From Macrostomum lignano (lineage: Eukaryota), in NCBI GenBank assembly GCA_002269645.1, contig NIVC01000162.1:372001-436000 (forward strand): 64,000 nucleotides of DNA. Reading direction: 5' to 3'. A program made the translations under genes and the position numbers. A model generated the notes under the pieces. It saw only the letters and a program-made list of their open reading frames with translations. It had not been told where the DNA came from and made no database searches. Below, in pieces: positions 59,216-64,000 of this stretch. Within the stretch, counting starts at the first letter, position 1, and the number at the start of each line of letters is the position of its first letter.

Positions 59216-60248
59216 ATGTCCGCCGCTAAGCGAGTCAGCTCCACAGCTGTGAACTGGGCCCGTCTGGCCCAGCACACCCCCGCCCAGCAGGCTGATGCTA
59301 TGCGCTCTGTGCGCTCCCGTTGCGAGACTCTGGTTGCCAAGGTCAACAGTTTGCCAGCCGATAAGCCGGCCATTGACTGGGCCCACTTCGCCAAGACTGT
59401 GCCAGCGCCAGGTCTAGTGGACAAATTTCGCAAAGAGTATGAGGCTTTCAAGGTTTGTGAGGGCTGTGTGCTGCGGCTTGGACTGGTTGCTAGGGGAGAC
59501 AACTGCTTATGGTTGCTAGGGGGGGGGAACTGGTCGTTAGAGGGAGAGGACTAGTAGCTAGGCGAGGGGATGGTAGCTAGGGTGGAAGGACTGGTAGATA
59601 GGGGGGAGATAAATGGTTGCTAGGGCAGATAAATGGTTGCTAGGGGAGATAAATGGTTGCTAGGGGGGAGAATTGGTAGCTCGGGGGATGACTGGTTGCT
59701 ACCGGAGACGGTATTGGTTGCTAGGGGCGAGGACTGGTTGCTAGGGTGAGAGTACTGGTTGCTAGGGGCGAAGACTGTTTGCTTGGGAAAGAGAACTGGA
59801 AGGTAAGAGAGTTGTAGCTATGGTAATCGTAAATCGGTCAGTGATGACGGAATTAAACGGTCAGTCTGGTTTAGCTAGACCTTCCCAATGCCGCTCAAGA
59901 CCAACCAAGACCACCGGCTCCAACCTGTCGCAGGTGCCGTACCCGCGCGACACGGAGGGCTGGCACGAGCTGATTGACGAGCAGCAGAAGCGTCAAAGCG
60001 AGATTCTGTCTAAGAGCCAGGCCCTCCTAACCGAGGTGCACGACGCCGCCAACTCCTACCTGAAGACTCTGGACGAGAAGATTCCGCCCAGAGACGAGTG
60101 GACCATGGAGATGTTGTGCCTGTACTTCCCCGGCACCCTGTTCGACGCCAACAATCCGGACTTCAACAGGACGCCGAACCTGCCAGAGTACACCGAGGCT
60201 CCTAACAAGAACCGAGTCCCTGGCACCGGCCTGCTGAGCAAGCTGTGA
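59216..60248 (+). CDS. ATP5PD: Mitochondrial ATP synthase Fo subunit d, 2 exons, 183 aa
   Basis: Exons 59216-59452 and 59934-60248 (phase 0, GT-AG). Motifs VNWARLA, LPADKPAIDWAHF, GLVDKF, KVPYPRD, PRDEWTMEM...FP. Confidence 0.9.
59480..59790. repeat. Degenerate about 20-bp G-rich repeat in the ATP5PD intron
   Basis: Recurrent tggttgctagggg. Confidence 0.75.
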
Positions 60249-60759
60249 AGTTGAAGGCTTGTTGCAAAAACGCGCAACTGACTACTGATTAGTAGATGTC
60301 GGCCATCCCTATGCTGCAGAAAATATCAATATACAGTACAATATATGTTATGGAAGATTGCCTGCCACCACTGCAAAGCTTTGCTATCTCCAGGTCTAGT
60401 AATTAGGTTTGTTTCGGGTCTCTCATCAGTGCATAGTTAGTAGGTTTAATTCAATTTTCAGTAGCAATTCTTATTTTAATAGATCTTATCAACTAGTAAG
60501 TTTGTTGTTTTGCAAAACCACGCAAACTTATTTATTTTGCTTACTATTTAGCGCACTTCGCAACTTGTCATCTAAATAACTCTTAGAAGATAAAAAATAT
60601 AATTATGAATAAATTTGGCAACTTTGAAGCAACTAGCAAAAATATGGTTTGAATGGTAACATCTTTTTATTATTCAATTTTTTGCGAGTCCTGCGTATAT
60701 CAAGTTTCCTTGTTTTTTAATGACATGCCGCTTAGGGTGCCCTATAATACTATTAGTAG

Positions 60760-63632
60760 CCTTTAAACCAAAGTTGAACTGCTCGGGGTGGCTTTGGTCT
60801 CGTTTCTGAACAGTAGAAAGACCACGCTATTTTTCCCCATGGGGAAACACCACGGGGTGTATTTCAAATACACACGACCCATTTTACGATAGCTCGCAAA
60901 CCGAATAACCGATTTTCGTAAAAGTCCACCATTTGGATCAGAATTTTCCGCCCTTTCCGACGAACCAACTTTCAAAGTCATCCGACGTCAGCATCAAGGT
61001 ATTCAACTATTCTTGTCGAAGACACTGGTGGCAAGGACAACCAACACTACACTGTATAATAAACCTTTATGATGAATCCATATTGGCTCAATAATTTGGG
61101 TCCATCTGTCGTAGAGGCTTTTGTTCTCAGCATCCCAGGCACCAGGGTCCCCTTCATCACCGTCTGGAGCAGCGGCGGCGACCGTCGGGACCCTCAACAA
61201 AAGCACCGATTGGTATCTCAGAGACGGCTGCGTTCCCAAAACTGGAATGGAAGAATCCTCTTCTGCATGCAGCATTCAGTCAGTAGACATATTCAGTGAA
61301 TGAAATGGACGATGGCGACCCTCTAGGCTGACCTGTAGACATACAGGCGACCTTCGGGACCTTCAACGGAGTGCCACCACGAGGCCCCGACGAGCTGACA
61401 CCCCCAACATCGTGCTTTTTCTATCAAGGCACCAAACCAGGCATGTCTGCATATTATACAATGGTCCTAAACCATGTTCAGCATTCAGCTTTGTCTGGAC
61501 GACCTTCGGGACCTTCAACGAAGTGCCACCACGCGGTCCTGACGAGCTGGCACCCCTATCATCGTGATTTTTCTATCAAGGCACCAAACATGCAGGTATT
61601 CTTTTGCACCATGTTAAATTCGAAACTGCTGAACATCGTCAGCGGACTGCCGCAACGGACAAGCTGTACGGCAACGGACGCCTGTTGGACAACTTTGTCA
61701 GTCAGCTACGCCATCGTGTTCTTTCCTGGCCGTACCTCTGCGTCGACGAAACTCTGGTTGTCTACTGGGGTGTGTGTGGACTGTGACTTCACGGTCTTTC
61801 TGAAGGAGAAGCCCGTCGCAATGGTGCCAAGCTGTTCCTGCTGACATCGGCTGGGAATCCAGAGATTCAGGATGACATGGACATCCGCTATGTGTCCAAT
61901 GCGGAAATCTGCACTGGCAAAGGAACACTGCTGTCCACTACTTTTGCATCAGAGGAATCCGATGCTCGGCTGGCCAAGGGCTCAGAGGTGTGGAGTGGTG
62001 AGCAAGTTGTTTGCCACTTGGCTGATCCATTCAGATGACACTGGTACAGGAAATTGGGATTCACGTTTCTTGGAACAGTGATGCGCACTTGTGGTGGCCT
62101 GCCAGCCGATCTCAAGAATTCAACTCAAATCATGGCTCCACACACAAGCGAATTCCGGTTTTCTGAGGAGCCCACGTGTGTGCCCTACTGCCCCAAGGCG
62201 GGCCGAAACGTGATGTTGCTGTCCACCATGCATCACGATAGACAATTGCTTCCCAATGGCAAGACTGTAGCAATAGGCACGTACTACAATTCTACCAAGA
62301 GTGGCACGGACACCTGCAACAGGATGTTCCGCACATCCGACTGCTAGCGAAAGTGCGACTCATGCGAGAAGGCAATCTTCTCCGGCGGCGTACTCAACAT
62401 AGCAGCTGTGAATGCCGCTGCTATCTGAAGACTGGCGCACCCGGAGCTCTGCACCTCGCCGACTATCGCAACGAGTTCCAGCGCAAGGCAGTTGCGCAAC
62501 TTCTGCAACCTCTGATCGAGGAGCGCTCGCAATCAGCCGCTCTTCTTCAGAATCTGTCCAATCATCACCGGCTGATGTTCCAGCTCGCAGGTTGTCGAAT
62601 CAACGACGAGCAAATGAAGGAACAGGCACGTGAAGCGGCGGCTGTGGTGTCAGTTGGTGGCAGAAAGCGCTGTGCAACATGCGCGAGACAAAAGTCAAAG
62701 GACGAGAAGCGTGCCTTGAGTGCGACCACAAGGAAGTGTTGCATGTGTGACGAAGGAATTTGCCGAAGACACACTGCGATGGAAGAGACAGTGAGTCACC
62801 ATTACTGCGCACGTTGTGCACCAAATTAAATAGTGCCAATTGACTCCGCTTTTGTGTCTATGTGTCGGTGTTTAGATCCTTCCGCTCTGAATATGCTGTA
62901 ATATCATTTTGGACAAATTAAATATTTTATATTCTTCAGGCGCCAATTAAATCTGTAACTCTCCGATTTAACATGGTGCAAAAGCATTGTATAATACGCA
63001 GACATGCCTGGTTTGGTGCCTTGATAGAAAAAGCACGATGTTGGGGGTGTCAGCTCGTCGGGGCCTCGTGGTGGCACTCCGTTGAAGGTCCCGAAGGTCG
63101 CCTGTATGTCTACAGGTCAGCCTAGAGGGTCGCCATCGTCCATTTCATTCACCGATTATGTCTACTGACTGAATGCTGCATGCAGAAGAGGATTGTTCCA
63201 CTTCAGTTTTGGGAACGCAGCCGTCTCTGAGATAACCGATCGGGTGCTTTTGTTGAGGGTCCCGACGGTCGCCGCCGCTGCTCCAGACGGTGATGAAGGG
63301 GACCCTGGGGCCTGGGATGCTGAGAACAAAGGCCTCTACGACTGATATGCATAGTTTGTTAAGCCGACATGGTTTCATGCTGAGATTTTGTGAGCAGAAA
63401 ATTTCTGCCAATGTTGGTGGTTTTTTGCCACCGGACACCCTGAGGAGAATCGTTGAATATCTCGACGATGCCGATTTTTCTTGATTCTCAAAGTTGTTTC
63501 ATCGAATAGAGCGGAAAATTTTAGCCGTGTTCTGTATTTTCATGGCAATTGTTAGAATATTTTTGGAGATACAGACAAAGGAAAAATGTGTGTATTTGAA
63601 ATACACCCCCATGGTCTTTCTACTATTAAAGG
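60760..63632 (+). mobile_element. piggyBac-derived element with long inverted arms
   Basis: Near-identical inverted segment 61108-61463 / about 62987-63342. Diverged homology continues out to cctttaa...gtagaaagacc ends, with the palindrome GTGTATTT(C/G)AAATACAC at 60857 and 63590. No clear TTAA TSD. Confidence 0.75.
61604..62829 (+). pseudogene. piggyBac transposase pseudogene, 5'-truncated
   Basis: Frameshifted fragments LCVDETLV, FLKEKP, GAKLFLL, TFLGTV, YCPKAGRNVMLLSTMH, YYNSTKSGTDTCNRM and a C-terminal Cys-rich domain CATC...CCMC...ICRRH...CARC. Confidence 0.9.
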
Positions 63633-63732
63633 AAGACGACGTTCTTCATAAAAAAATTTTACAACCAGCGATTCGAAACCAGGGAAGCCTTTTCTGTTCT
63701 TGTCGGTCAAATGTCCTGGGAGCGCGAGATTT

Positions 63733-63843
63733 TCCCACAGGAGGATTCCCCGCAGGAAGCTTTCCTACAGGAGGGTTCCCCGCAGGAAGCTTTCCTACAG
63801 GAGGTTCCCCACAGGAAGCTTTCCTACAGGAGGGTTCCCCGCG
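63733..63843. repeat. 30-bp tandem repeat, about 3.5 copies, with an internal near-palindrome
   Basis: Unit gcaggaagctttcctacaggagggttcccc. Confidence 0.85.
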
Positions 63844-64000
63844 AGAATTAGGGTTTGCTTTTGTAGTTTCTCTAATGGTAAGAAACTTTAGCGAAGAAAG
63901 AGAACGGGTTCATTCGACCCATTTTTCTAAACTTAGCAGTGTTCTGTCAGGTGTTAATCTTTTAGTATCCTTTGAAATATAACATTGTTTCCGTTAGCAG

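Noticed and set aside
61003-61303. ORFs in the piggyBac arms (a YLRDGCVP string faintly like a THAP end)
   Set aside because: The two arm copies differ by frameshifts and the required Cys/His ligands are not evident; the similarity is explained by nucleotide homology of the arms.
63733-63843. Palindromic 30-bp repeats as a CRISPR array (also considered for the other arrays)
   Set aside because: No unique spacers, no cas genes, and the context is eukaryotic.

Overview
Eukaryotic (animal) genomic DNA. GC-rich spliced exons sit in AT-rich introns, and nearly every intron carries its own minisatellite. The style suggests a repeat-rich free-living flatworm such as Macrostomum; this is an inference, not proven. 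Five host genes were reconstructed by hand with phase-consistent GT-AG introns: phosphorylase kinase alpha subunit (minus strand, 13 exons, start not found, 3' end outside the window); glutamine synthetase II (plus, 5 exons, complete); a divergent Wnt (minus, 4 exons, complete, lacks the WCC index-finger motif); a divergent mitochondrial ClpX (plus, at least 5 exons, degenerate LGF and pore loops); and ATP synthase subunit d (plus, 2 exons). Mobile DNA includes a decayed mariner with an intact DD34E Tc1 element inside its TIR, a piggyBac derivative with long mirror-image arms, MITEs and a CORE-type SINE. The most unusual feature is a very young 2.2-kb chimeric element at 31562-33787. It has two identical 278-bp inverted Penelope-type pseudo-LTRs, each with a minimal hammerhead ribozyme, enclosing a DIRS/Ngaro-type gag fragment joined to a Penelope GIY-YIG endonuclease, with no reverse transcriptase. 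Most long ORFs in the supplied track are artefacts of tandem repeats. All coordinates and motif comparisons were made by eye; no searches were run.
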